Below, piece by piece: positions 45,743-64,000 of a stretch of DNA of 64,000 nucleotides. The stretch is from the NCBI RefSeq assembly GCF_009914755.1, contig NC_060931.1; one strand, 5' to 3'. This DNA is from the human T2T-CHM13v2.0 reference genome, Homo sapiens. The position numbers and the translations under genes were made by a program. Each line of letters opens with the position of its first letter. The first letter of the stretch is position 1. The notes beneath the pieces were generated by a model. It made no database searches and was not told the DNA's origin. It worked only from the letters and a program-made list of their open reading frames with translations.

Positions 45743-46182
45743 AACATTATTTTGTTCCTTAAACGCTTGTGATTTTCTTCAAGCATTGATGCAATTATTC
45801 GGGAGACCTTAGGAACCTTCTGGATTTGAAAAGCTGTAAATATGAACCACTGGGACTTCACCCCAGTGCCGTGCTGGACCCCCGGCACCCCCAACACCCT
45901 TACCTTTATCCTGTTGACATGCAGGTGTGTACAGGCAGCATCCCCCAAAATTGGAGTTGAGGTCAGGGGTAAAGCCACTCCACACCCTGGCCGGGTGACC
46001 TGGGGCAGGCAGCATGGAGCCTCAGCCAGTGAGACCCCCCTGCATGGACCAGCAGCCATTCCCAGGGCCAGCCCAACTCCACCCACCACCTGGCTGGACC
46101 ACCAGAGACTTCACACGTGTCCGGAGGAAAAGAACAGCTCATAGCCAAACTTAGCCTTGGGTGGGCGGAAGTGGAGCTGTGA

Positions 46183-46524
<342 letters not shown>

Positions 46525-46619
46525 TGAGGCAGCCACATGCCGGGGCCAGCAGGAGGAAGCATGGCTGCCCCCTTATCACCCATCTTGCAGGGCTTTGGGC
46601 CTCAGTGGCCCCAGGATCG

Positions 46620-46730
46620 TTAAAAATCTCAGTGTCCAGGCCACACCCAGGCCAATTAAATCGGAGTCTCTGGGGATCGGGTGCAGACATTTGTTTTGAA
46701 AGCTCCCCAGGTGATTCCAACGCAGCAAGG
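46620..46730. mobile_element. MER5A-like hAT fragment
   Basis: aggccacacccaggccaattaaatcggagtctctgggg...aagctccccaggtgattcc. Confidence 0.7.
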
Positions 46731-46999
46731 AAGCTACTCTGGTGGGAGGAGGGGCCGGGGTGGGGCCGGTGTTCTGACCTTGAATGAAGGGACAGGGTTC
46801 TGACTTTGCCAACGTTACCTTTTGCTCCGGAAGCAGTCGCTGCCACTGATAAGCCCCAGGTAAGAACCCTTTCATTTTCTCTGTTTTCCCACCATGTTCA
46901 GCCCACATCCCACCACCCTCTATAATACGACATGTAAGTCTGCAGATTTCCCACCATCTCCAATATTTCAGAAGTTGCAGCTGCGGTGGAAAAGGCCCT

Positions 47000-47240
47000 T
47001 GACATTTACTGAACGCACGCCATGTGCCTGACGGTGCTCTGGGTTCTCGTTAATCCACAGAACTCCCACCAGGACCCTGTGAGGTAGGTACAGTCAGGGG
47101 GGTCCCATTGTGTAGATGAGGAAATGCGCCCAGAGAGGTGGAGCCATTTGCCCAGGGGTAGCCAGCTGACCAAGGCAGATCAGCTCCAAACCTGGGCAGC
47201 TGGGGGCTCCGGAGCCTGGTGTCTAGGCCTGACCACTGCA
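47000..47240 (-). mobile_element. MIR
   Basis: cccattgtgtagatgaggaaatgcgcccagagaggtggagccatttgcccagg. Confidence 0.7.
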
Positions 47241-49217
47241 CTGCACTGCCTCCCACGAGGCTGTCTGCAGTCACCGTCAGATCCGTGGGCTGTTATCCTG
47301 TGAGGAGGCATGTACCTCTCCCTATAGCTCGGAGCCTGGCGTCATTACTGCAACGTCACGGGCTGAATGCACAGGCGGCTTAGAAGATTTTATTTTCCCC
47401 ACACCATCCTCTCCTGTTAGAAAGAGGAAAGGCATGAATTAAGTTGGGATAGGTGATGCAAAGCCCTGCCGTTACTACTATTGTTGAAAAGTTCACGGGA
47501 GAAAGTTGTAAACGCAACTAGTTAGCCCGGAGAAAAGAACTGCCCTGTCTTGTTGGATGACGATTACATAAGAATAACTCCACAAGAAGGAAAAGCAGCC
47601 CAGGTGAGATGCCAGCCACATCGGAAGGGAGAGGAGTTGAGTGCAGGAGCCCTGATATGGCCTCTGGGACTCCGGCATCAGCATTTGGTTCCCCATGGGT
47701 GAGAAAACAGGGAGGGAGGAGGACGGGGAGGGAGCCTCCAGCTTGATCACTCCTGGGAGGAGCCTGTGGATTTCTGGGCTTGGGGGTCCCACAGAGCCCA
47801 GTGCCCATCTTCCTCCAGCCTCTGTGCCATCTAAAGTGGGCACTCCATAGGTGCAGAACCAGGAGGGACCCGCATCTTCCTGAGTTCAGGTCTCCTCTGA
47901 AAGGAACTGAATCTGGGTCCTCCTCTCCCTCACAGAGAGCCCCATCCACAGGAGGTGAAGCCCCAGGCCCCGCTAGGACTCTTGAACCAATGGGCACCAC
48001 CCTTACCAAAGCATCTCTGAGCTGAGCTGGGTTCTCAAGGGCCAAACTCAAGGGCGGAGCAGGTTTGCCTGTGCTGTGGCTGCCACAGCCCATTTCTCCT
48101 GCCCGACAGCAGCCTCACTGCCTCTGGGAAATCGCCTCTTCCCCCAACAGATCCTGCATAGGACAACCATTCTTTGGGGCCATCCTTCCAGGCCAAGAGG
48201 CAACGTGTGTCCCGAGCCAGGTGGAATGGGGCAGGGCAGGCGCTGCTCCCTCCTGGGAATGTGAACAATTTGAATTCCCCAGCAGGGAATGAACAATCTG
48301 GAGGCTCTTCTGAGATTCTTCTCTCAGAGCCCCTGGCTTCCAGAGCCCCCTTTTCTTCCTGCGAGTTTCCAAGCTGGGCTCCTGTCCACGTGTCCAGCTC
48401 TTGACATCCCCTAAGTTCCTTTTGCTGAACTTAGCCTGAGTCGGTTAATTCACCTTCTTGTAACCGAAGAACCTGCTCACGAACCTGGGGGAGCCCCCAC
48501 AGGCTCGAGCTCTGGCAGCAAAGCTCCTGGGAAGGCCCTCCAGCTCTCAGAGTGGCAGCCGCGTCCCTGCTGTGTGGGCTCAGGCGGGAAATGCTACCTA
48601 CATCACGGTGCACACGCTCTGCAGCCACAACACACACATGTCCCCAGTGCGAGTGAAAAGATTCACCCACCTGGGCTGAGGCCTCACTTACAGGGTGCCG
48701 GGGACACAGGCTGGAGCAACAGCCTGGCATGCTTTCCACAAAACAAGGTACTTCCAGCGGAAAAAAAAAAAAAAGTGCTCTGTGAGAGTCATGAACTAAT
48801 TTACCCTTAGATGAAGTGACCTTCTCTGCAGGTCACCATCCCCACGCCCACCAGCAAGGTGTAGGGTTGACTCAGATTGAAGAGTGCAGAGCCGTTGCAC
48901 CCCTGCAGTGCGGGCCCCTGGCTCCACCCCGACCTCAGGCTCTGACCCTAAGGAGAGGCAGGGGTGACCTCTGGTGTCCTTCACAGATGCAGGATCCTTA
49001 CTTCCCCGCACTTAGACCCTGTGGAAAGGAGAAGCCAGATTTCACAAGATGTGGGGGCCTAACCACGGGAAGCACCAGCATGCACTGAGCGGGCCGCAGG
49101 TGCCCTGGCGGCCTCAGCACCCCCATGGCCTCCACCATGGGCTCGAGGGTGACTGCAGGGTAGGACTCTCCTGTGTACCACGGTTCATATCACGGCCAGG
49201 CAAGACCCACAGTGCTA

Positions 49218-49532
<315 letters not shown>

Positions 49533-51756
49533 AAGAAAATGGCAAACCAAGCCATGGTTCTGAGGTTGGTGACAAGGTCTTTCCATATTTCCCAAGAAAA
49601 TCAAAATTCCGCGTGGTTATGCCAGTGTCTGTGAAATTCACAGTTATATTTTAGAAGTTTGGTCTTTGTCAGTAAGTGGAACCATGTGCAGATACTGTAT
49701 TCGGGAACCACAGAAGCCTTTGCAAACCTTCCGGTTAAGCAGCCTATTTTTCTGAAATGCTTGGCTCACCGGATGCTTATTTTAAAAGGATTTGAACGTG
49801 TCCATGGATTTGCACAAGTACCTCAGGATTTGCCAAAAATTCTTTCCCTTTAATGGCTTATGTCAATTAACAGCCAGCATGGGTGAAAATTCCAAGCTGT
49901 GAATTCAGGACTCTGTGGTCTTAAAATGTCCTGCTTCTCCTCAGATAAGACAATACTCTGCAGTCATTAAGCAAACCACTCTATTATGGGGCTGAATTTC
50001 AAATAAATTTCAAAGAAAATTTCAAATATTTTAATTACAATAAAAAGTCGTATTTCTGAGGCATCCCGAAAATGCGTCCGTTTCTGTGGGATTCTCCAGC
50101 CGCCACCAATATGTTTGGCCTGCAGAGCTGGTGGGTCCAGAGAGCCCCATGGGGTCCCTGAAGGGAGGTCGAGAGGAAAATCCCATTCCCCTGGTGGAGT
50201 CCCAGGTTTACAGGGATGGGTCCCTTGCCTCTCTCTGTCTTAGGGAACATTTTGCAAGGATGTTGAGTGCCAGAGAATTGGAGAATCTGGGAGTCGCTTG
50301 CCGCAGAGGCGAGGTATGGCAGAAACTAGGTGGAGATCCAACAAGCCCCTGGGTAGGGGCATCTCTCATGGAGATGGGCCGCTCAGCCTCACAGTGAGCC
50401 CCCTGCAGAGCCCTCAGCACACGTGTGGCCTGGCCTGGGCTCTCTCACTCCACCCTCCCCCACCCATTGCTCATACTTTCTCCACCACTGATGTCTTTCT
50501 GTCCTCTGCACTTCAGCCCATGCTCAGTCTCTTCCCCAGGAACCACCCCTCCCCACCCCCAGCGGTTCCAGCCAGCCTGGTCCCCCCATCTCTGGCAACC
50601 CACTGTCTCAGGAAGGCCACACCCTGGGACCTTGTTCATTATTTTTACATCCTCCGCATGACTAGGACATGAGTCCCATGAGGTTAGAGTTTGTCCTTTC
50701 TTCTTTGTTTGCACACGCGTGCAATACCAACTCTAGCATGCAATCCCCACATGCTGAGTGCTTCGGGGAGACAGGAGCACATCAGATGCTACCTGCCTTG
50801 CAGCCTGCCTGTAACCAAACGCTGGGCCCATGGTAGGGGCACAGCAATCTCCAAGCTATACCATTAAGTGCAAAATAAGCATGGTTCCATTTGTGTGTGT
50901 GTATGTATATGTGTATGTGGGTTGTATATGTGTATACACCATGCATGTGGGGTGGACACACGTGCACACCCCCCAAACCCCTGTCAAGAAAGGGCATAAT
51001 ACCGTGTTGCAGAGAAAGCCTCTAGTGCCTTCAGGATTTGCCTCAGGTGCAGAGAGTTGCCTCCCACAAGGACTCATTCTTCCAGGAACAGCTACATCTC
51101 TGGCCGATGGAAGTGGGCGTATCAAGGAAGGTTTGGCCATTTCAGCTGGACAAGGAATAACTCTGGTGGGACACGTTTACCCTGAAGCTCCCAGGGAGTT
51201 GGGCCAAGGCTCTGCCAGGCACACAGCATGGCTAAACTCCACCCAATCCTGCCCTTCCTCCCTCCACAAGTGTGGACCCTGATGCAAACCCTGCCTTCCC
51301 CATTCACTCTGAGGGCCACTTTTGGAGACCTGCTCTGTAACACATGGAAAGAGCTGCCTGGGAAACCAGGCCAGACAACCTCAGGGAACTCCTCTCCCCT
51401 GGACTTGCCTGCCCTGCCAGTGAAGCCAGCACTTCTGGATTTTGGGGATCTGCTGAAATGTCTACCACATGTGCAAAGTCATATGAGAAAGGAAATGTCT
51501 TCATAGTACACTACATGGCTCAGTTGTGGGTGGTATTTAAGTAGCTATTATATATTGAACTTTGTGTATTGACTTGTTAACAAACTGTGATATAATTATG
51601 TTGAGAAGTGAGGGAGGGTAATGTTTGTGATGATGTTTGTGAGCAGGGTGAGGGCTAAGACTTATGATTCCTGAGTGAGGAGTCATAAAATGTAAAAAAA
51701 AAAAAAAAATGATCAAAGTCACAGCATAAGCACAGCACAGTACTTAGAAAGATGAG

Positions 51757-52198
<442 letters not shown>

Positions 52199-52412
52199 TC
52201 AGCTTTTATGATATGTTTTATTATACTATTTGACTTTTACATATGTTACTTTCATTTAAAAAAGAATTAAAAGGGAAAAAATTAGACATTGTGTTGTTTT
52301 TCATTATGTAAGACTTTAAACAACCGAAATGTCCATCGGAAGGGGATTTGGAAAATGAATTATGCCAATCCACACATGGGAACCCATGCAGCTGTTTAAA
52401 AGAATGAGATGG

Positions 52413-52741
<329 letters not shown>

Positions 52742-52871
52742 TCACATGCATGAAGATAGCCATCTCCATATGTGCGTGTAAACACACACACGCTAGAAGG
52801 TGTAGAAACTATCTCTGGAAAGATGAACAAGAAATTGGTAACAGTGGTTGCCTCTAGAAAGAACAAAAGGA

Positions 52872-53207
<336 letters not shown>

Positions 53208-53394
53208 CTAACCTTCACACTGCATTTCTCACCATGGACATGTGTTATCTTTCCCAATAAAAAAGAGAAAACCTAAAATGTGAAGGCATCCATGCTGGGT
53301 GATCCACCCTCGCCAGCCCTCAGTGTCTGTCCTCTCTTGGCCTCCTAGGCAAATGGGCACAGTCCTCAAATGGAGACAATGAGCCACCTCCTAG

Positions 53395-53803
<409 letters not shown>

Positions 53804-54153
53804 ATTCTTTTCCATAATATAACACCAGGTTATTTTGAGGATTACATGGGAAGTTAGTGGGAAAGCAGTGTGAAGACTCCAAAGATATATTATATATATT
53901 AGTGTTTGTTAGTTTATTCCCCTTGTCAGCATTGCTTCCACCACCACCATCTCAGGGCACTTCAGGTAAGAAACAGGGTCCACCAGTCGATGTGTGAGCC
54001 ATCCCACCCTGGCCGCCCAGGTGTCCACAGGAAAACCAGGGACAGAAGACCAGGACACCTGTCCTCACAAGTAGGTCAGAGATGACTCAACCCAACCACT
54101 CCAAGGTTTCACCATCAACCCATTCATACAGGTAGAGTTTTAAGTAAATTTAA

Positions 54154-54479
<326 letters not shown>

Positions 54480-55676
54480 TAAAATAGCCCTTCTTAAAAT
54501 TCATAACCCTGGTTTTAACCGGCCCAAACTGAAGCTGGACTGTAGTCAGCATTTCATTCGGGGGCAACTTAGGATCTTTTGGGTAAGAAATTGTACCTTG
54601 GGTCTGTCCATTCAGAATTATTCTTCCATTCAGAATTATCTGTACTGAAAAGTGTCATACATTTTAGAAATATATTTTGAAGTTTCAGAAATATTAACTT
54701 ACTTAACCCTTGACTTAAAAGCTTAGCCAGCTAAGGCTCACTCTGCCACACCCACACGCTACATCCCAGCCTCTGTGTCTTCCCTTCTAGAGTAGCCTCT
54801 AATTCTGATTGTCTTTTATCATACCCAGGACAATCACCACTAAATCTGGCATCTGGATGTTCTGTTGCCTTCCGAATGAATCAGCATCCAGCTCAGACTT
54901 AAAGTGGAAACCCACTGGAATCTCAATTAGACCACCAAGAATCCTGGTCGCTCTTAGCAGAGATTATTGGAAAACAAGAAGATTAATGGCACAAGGAAGC
55001 ACAGGTTAGCCAAGGTGGAGGTCAATGTGGTCGGAACCCCCAGTGCCCCTGTCTGCTCTCATGGAGGTTGTTTCACCAAATCTACCACCAGCCAATTTGT
55101 CTGCCCTCTGTTGACAAGCTGCTCCCATCTAGCTAACGGGAAGAGAAATTCATCACCATGGCTGGGCTGAGGGAAGAGCCAGTAGATCCAGGTTGAGCCG
55201 GAGGCAGCTAAACCAAGGACATTACAGGAAGTCAGGGATCAAGAGGGTTGTGTGACTGTGACTGTGTCCCCTAGAGGCAGGCCATGAACGGCTGTCTTCC
55301 CAGTGTGTGCAGGAAGTGCAAATTCTGCATCAGACGCTGTCAAAACCCTGCTCCTTCTCTCGCTTGCACCAGTTGGTGATATGTTGTGTGCAGTACTCAC
55401 ATTGATGACCTATTTACATTTTTCTAAATCAAAATGCACCTGTTGGTTTCTGTTTCCTGGAGTCTTACACTCTCAGTTTCCATGAGCATCTTCCAACCTG
55501 GCCAGCCCATTCCCCTGGGAGGTTTCCTTCGGCTGTGCAAGTTTCTTTGCTTTTAGCCAGAATAATATCCTGCAGGTGTCACCCAGGTAGGCCCCGTAAC
55601 AACTGCCCAACGAGGCCTCTGTAGATCGTTGGTCGAGATCAGAGGTTCAGAAACTGCAGCCAGAGGCCAAATGTAA

Positions 55677-56087
<411 letters not shown>

Positions 56088-56753
56088 TAAAAGTGTACAA
56101 GTCAGGAGTTCTGAGCACATTTACAGAGTTGTGTAATCATTACCCTGTTCCAATTTTAGAGTGTTATCATCCCCAAAGCAGACCTTGTACCCATTACTAG
56201 TCACTCACCATTTCCTCCCCACATCTGCAAACCCTGACCCAGGCCTACGCAATCACAAATCTACTGTCTGTCTCTCCAGTTTGCCTTTTTTGAACATCTT
56301 ACATAAATTAAATCATATAATATGAAGCTTTTGTGACTAAAACAATGAAAATTCACCGAATGTAAGACAGAGGTTGACAGAAGGGTAAAATGACCCATCT
56401 CTATGCCTTCTACAGTAATATTGGTTCAAATATGATGATATAGGTAAGCCGAAAGAAAAGAATACAAAAACATTAATCAATAGAAAGGAGAAGTAGATGC
56501 GTATAAATCAGATAAAGTAAACTGCAAAGCAAAGAAAAATTACAGAGACAGAAAGGGAAGTTAAAGAATGATAAAAGGGTCAAATCACTATTAAAGCATG
56601 GCAATCCTAAATGTGTATATGCCAAAAATAAGAACTGAAATATGTCAAGAAAAAACTGATAGACCTGAAAGAAGAAATAGACAAGTCTACAATTATAGCT
56701 GTAGATTTCAACACATATAGTTGTACACTCTCAGCAGTTGATAGAATGACTAG

Positions 56754-57017
<264 letters not shown>

Positions 57018-57194
57018 TAGCCAGGATGGTCTCAATCTCCTGACCTTGTGATCTGCCCACCTCGGCCTCCCAAAGTGCTGGGATTACAGGCGTGAGCCAC
57101 CGTGCCCAGCCCAGAGTGAATACATTTATTTACAGAAAACTCCATTCAACAACAGCAGAACACACATTATTTTCAAGTCCCCATGGAACGTTAT

Positions 57195-57560
57195 TGTATT
57201 AGTCCATTTTCATACTGCTGTAAAGAACTACCCGAGACTGGGTAATTTATAAAGGAGAGAGGTTTAAGTGGCTCACAGTTTAGCATTGCTGAGGAGGCCT
57301 CAGGAAACTTACAGTCACGGCAGAAGGCGAAGGGGGATCAAGGTAGCAGGAAGGAGAAGTGCCGAGGAGCCTGGAGGGAAGAACCCCTTATAAAACCATC
57401 AGATCTCATGAAAACTCAATCACTATCAAGAGAACAGCATGGGGGAAACGGTCTCCATAATTCAATTTTCTCCACCGTGTCTCTCCCTTGACAAGTGGGG
57501 ATTATGGGGGTTACAATTCAAGATGAGATTTGGGTGGGGACACAAAGCCTAACCATATCA
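57195..57560 (-). mobile_element. THE1 (THE1D-like) solo LTR
   Basis: tgtattagtccattttcatactgct...gacacaaagcctaaccatatca. Confidence 0.88.
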
Positions 57561-57804
57561 ATCATTCAAGATAGAACATATCCTGAACTATAAAACATGC
57601 CTCAACATGTTTAAAAGAATTGAAAGTGAAATTGCTTTTAGCCAGAATAATATCCTGCAAGAGGCAAGAATATGGAGTCTGACCACAATGGAATCAAACC
57701 TCAAATCAATAACAGAAAAATAAAAGGAAATTCTCCAAACATTAAAAATCTGGAAAACAAAATTCTGAATAAACGATGGGTCAAAGAGAAAGTCTTCAGG
57801 GAAT

Positions 57805-57807
<3 letters not shown>

Positions 57808-57872
<65 letters not shown>
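57808..57872. repeat. Compound (TA)n(TG)n microsatellite
   Basis: Read directly from the sequence. Confidence 0.96.
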
Positions 57873-57873
<1 letters not shown>

Positions 57874-58129
57874 ACATTACTAGACTAATATATATATATT
57901 ACTGAACTAAAATGAAAATACAAATCAATTGGTGAGTTGAAGCTAAAATAGTTCTGAGAAGGAAATTTCTAGCACTAAATATATTAGAAAAGAAAGAAAG
58001 TTTTAATCATAAAAACTCCCACCTTAAAAAATTAGAAAAGATCGTGCCATCGCACTCCAGCCTGGGTGACAGAGCAAGACAGTCTAAGAAAACTAAAAAT
58101 AAAAAAAAACAGACTGCAGTGAACCCCCA

Positions 58130-58319
58130 GCCCCTTTTGCCACATGAGGATACAGCAAGAAGGCACCATCTGTGAGCCAAGAAGGGGGTCTCCCGAGACG
58201 CAGAATCTGCCAGCTTATTCATATTCTTGCCTCCAGAACGATGAGGAATAAACTTCTGTTGTTTGCCAGCTGCCCAGTCTATGGTATTCTGTGGTAGCAG
58301 CCTGAACAGGACTAAGACA
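58130..58319 (+). mobile_element. MLT1A-like LTR, 3' part
   Basis: aataaacttctgttgttt...cagtctatggtattctgtggtagcagcctgaacaggactaagaca. Confidence 0.78.
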
Positions 58320-58659
58320 GTAAGAGCCAGACAGGAGAGCATGTTTAGGTGCAAAAATCTTGACTTTACCCTCACAGACCCTTGGTGATGCCAAAGGAAA
58401 CCTCTAAAGGGAGAGAAGGAACCCAGAAAGCAAGAGGGAGAATAAGTGGGTGTAAAATGTCCTCTTTCTTTTTAGAAGGGAGGATCTTGCAAGAGATTGG
58501 GCTGCTGGGGTGGAGAGGGGAACGCACGACCAGCAGCCAACTGAATATCCCAGAGGGAGCTTTGTGGGTGCCCCTGCAGGTCTCAGTGGTCTTCTCCAGG
58601 CCCAGAACATGAACATCTTGTCAAGCCTGTCCACAGAGACATGGGCACTCCTGGTGGCC

Positions 58660-59507
<848 letters not shown>

Positions 59508-60003
59508 CTGGCCTGCTGCAGGGTGGTGTGGGGGGCAGGTTGTTCCCACCTCCATCAGGGGATTAATCGGAGATGGGGAGGCAGGGGGCTTCCCCTGGGA
59601 TACTGAATGAGATGAGGACAAGGGTGGGAAAGAAGCAGCTGCTGGATGAAGAGGAGGAATCTCAGGGCCTGGAGACAACACAAAGCTGGGCTCTGGGCAT
59701 GGCGGGAGGGACCTGCAGCTGACCCCCATACCGTCCGTGCCGCCCAGGGCCCGGCAGCTGACTTGAATTCCCCACACAGGGCTAGGCCTCAGGCAAAGTC
59801 AGGAAGACATTCCCTGCCTGTCCCACCCCTGAGTCACTGGACACACCAGGCCATCGCTCGGGGGTTGCAGAGAAGGATAAGACATGACTCAACCTGGCAG
59901 ATGCCAAGTTCCAGATGCCAAGTGACGTCTTGGCCACATCACAACTGTAGACCCAGGTGCCTCAGATGCACGTGGACGTCTGAGCAGTCCTGGCTGCTTT
60001 TCA

Positions 60004-60751
<748 letters not shown>

Positions 60752-60754
60752 TTA

Positions 60755-61486
<732 letters not shown>

Positions 61487-62056
61487 CTAGGGACAGGTAA
61501 GACAGATGAGGTCATTGTCTTCACTCACAGAGCTGATATTCTGGGGAAATGGACAGACAGAAACCAATAAGTAAGGTCATTTCAAATAACAAGGTCCCTG
61601 CCAGACAGAACAGGGTTCAGTAATGGGGAGACCCATGCTGAAGGCTGGTCTCTTCCCTGCAAGGAGCTCAGATCACACACCAAGGAATTGGCCCCCAGGA
61701 CATGAACACCGGTCAGTCAGAGGCCAGGGGAAGCCTTAGGCTTTACATCTTACTTTTTCCTCCATCGCATCATAGAAGACATGATTGAACCTTAGGACGC
61801 TGCAGCCCTCCCTGCCCCATACGCAGCAGCTGCACCATCCTGTGGAAAAACCGTCATAACCAGTTACTGCCGGGATCTCAGGAAGAAGAGCACAGAGATA
61901 AAAGGAGACCCTTTGCTTCCACGGCAACTGCATTTGGTCCAGACTCAAAAGTTCAGCCTCGATTTGTACAAAACTGCACAAAAGGAGAAAGCCTTTCCTG
62001 GTCTAGAGAGCTTCAAGATCTTCCAAGCAACTCTGCAGAAAAAAGATTCTATCTGA

Positions 62057-62358
<302 letters not shown>

Positions 62359-62661
62359 CTATCTGACACATTGGCGTGGATTCAGGCAAATCCAGAAATT
62401 GGATTTGTCCGAATACAGTAAATGGCTGCATTAAATATATTAATTCATTAAATGCATTAAGTTGCTGCAGAGATTTCCACTGTTTCATTATTACACCGTT
62501 TATTTATGCAGTCTCCTACAAATGGACAATTAAAAGCTATCGGCTCTTACAGGCAAGGGAAGGTCACCCAGGGGTTCTCATGGTCCACATTCTCAAAAAA
62601 ATAATATAAATAAATAGTTCCACAGACGTTAGCTCCTTCCTGCTGCTGCCACTGCTGCTGT

Positions 62662-63780
62662 GCCCTTTACTCAAATTCTCCCAATGGTTACATTTCACAT
62701 AACTACAGCGCAAGAGAAAAACCAGAAAACTGAGGTGAGCACAATTGGTGTATGGTGTGTCTAGAGCTCTATGCCATTTCCCCACCGGTGCAGATTCAAG
62801 TGAAACCTACTGTCATCAAGATACAGAACTGTCCACCCCCAGAAAGGTCACCAAGCTGCCCTTCTATGGTCACAGCCACCTGCCCCATCTGGGACATCCT
62901 TACCTGGCAACTGCTCATCTGTTTTCCATCACTATAATTTTGTCATTTTGAGAATCTTATACAGATATGACTTTCAGAGATTGGCTTTTTTTTTTCAACT
63001 CCGTCCAACATACTCCATCTAAGTGGCTGCATGTTCCTTTTTATGTGGAAACGGTATTCCACGGTACGGAGGTAGCATTGTTTGTTTTAACCCTTCCCCT
63101 GTTTCCAGATTTTGGTTTATGTAAATCAAGCTGCTGTGAACATTTGCATGTAGGCTTCTGTGCCTATGTAAGTTTTCCCTCCAGAGGGAGCAATCCCCAG
63201 GAATGTGGGTGCTAGGTCATCCGGTGAAGTGTGTTTCTTTTTGTAAGAAACTGCCAGACTGTTTTTCAGAGCAGCTGTACCCTTTTACATCCCACCAGCA
63301 ATGTGGGAGGAAACCATTTTCTGCACCTCCTCAACAGCATTTAGTCCTGTCACTAGTGTTTATTTTAGCCAACTTGATAGGTGTGTGGCAACGTCTCATT
63401 GTGCTTTTAATCTGCATTTCCCTGCTAGGTAGCGACGCCGAACATCTTTTCGTGGACGTATTTGCCATCAAATATCCTTTTCGGTAAAATGTCTCGTCCT
63501 TGGCCCATTTTCTAATTGGATTGTTGGTTTTTTTAGCTGTTCGGTTTCAGAATTCTTTATATATTCTGGGTGAGTACTTTGTTAGAAGCATAATTTGCAA
63601 ATATTTGCTCATAGTCTGTAGTGTGGCTTTTCTTCCTTCACAGGGTCATTACAGAGCGCATACTTTTAATTTTGATGAAGTTCAATTTATTGATCTTTTT
63701 TTGTGTGTAGATCATACTTCGGCATCATGCCTAAGAATGCTTTACTAGGCCCGACGTCCTAAAGATTTTCTATGCTTTTC
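62662..63780 (-). mobile_element. L1M (L1MC/MD-like) 3' region
   Basis: aaactgccagactgtttttcagagcagctgtacccttttacatcccaccagcaatg and similar antisense L1 motifs. Confidence 0.8.
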
Positions 63781-63807
63781 TTTTCTTTCTTTTTTTCTCT
63801 CTCTCTT

Positions 63808-64000
<193 letters not shown>

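Larger units (their letters stand above)
42149..45760 (+). other. SDK1: SDK1 3' UTR, about 3.6 kb (end approximate)
   Basis: Follows the stop codon, has no Alu, contains U-rich blocks and ends at AATAAA 45737-45742 followed by U/GU-rich sequence. Confidence 0.8.

Overview
Primate, most likely human, genomic DNA: Alu-dense and GC-rich. It contains the 3' end of SDK1 (sidekick cell adhesion molecule 1) on the + strand. I reconstructed five terminal coding exons by hand from GT-AG boundaries and continuous reading phase: 10018-10182 (end of the last FN3 domain), 14410-14547 (transmembrane helix), 18556-18676 and 22439-22568 (cytoplasmic domain), and 41888-42148 (ending -LTGFSSFV*, the sidekick PDZ ligand). 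The 3'UTR runs to about 45760; about 18 kb of repeat-rich intergenic DNA follows. The rest is Alu, L1, MaLR/ERV LTR, MIR/L2 and DNA-transposon fossils, plus three minisatellites (57-bp, 62-bp and 28-30-bp units) and several low-complexity tracts. I see no CRISPR array, RNA gene or second protein-coding gene, and almost all ORFs in the supplied track are repeat artefacts. I cannot support a wholly new biological system. The strongest lead is an alternative splice route (donor 22620/22621 to acceptor 24089/24090) giving a different SDK1 tail that ends -KGTFV*, a second class I PDZ ligand; it may already be annotated. Other leads are the motif-rich VNTRs in the last intron and several clear DNA-repair or replication scars. 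Repeat subfamily names come from recall of consensus sequences and many repeat boundaries are approximate.
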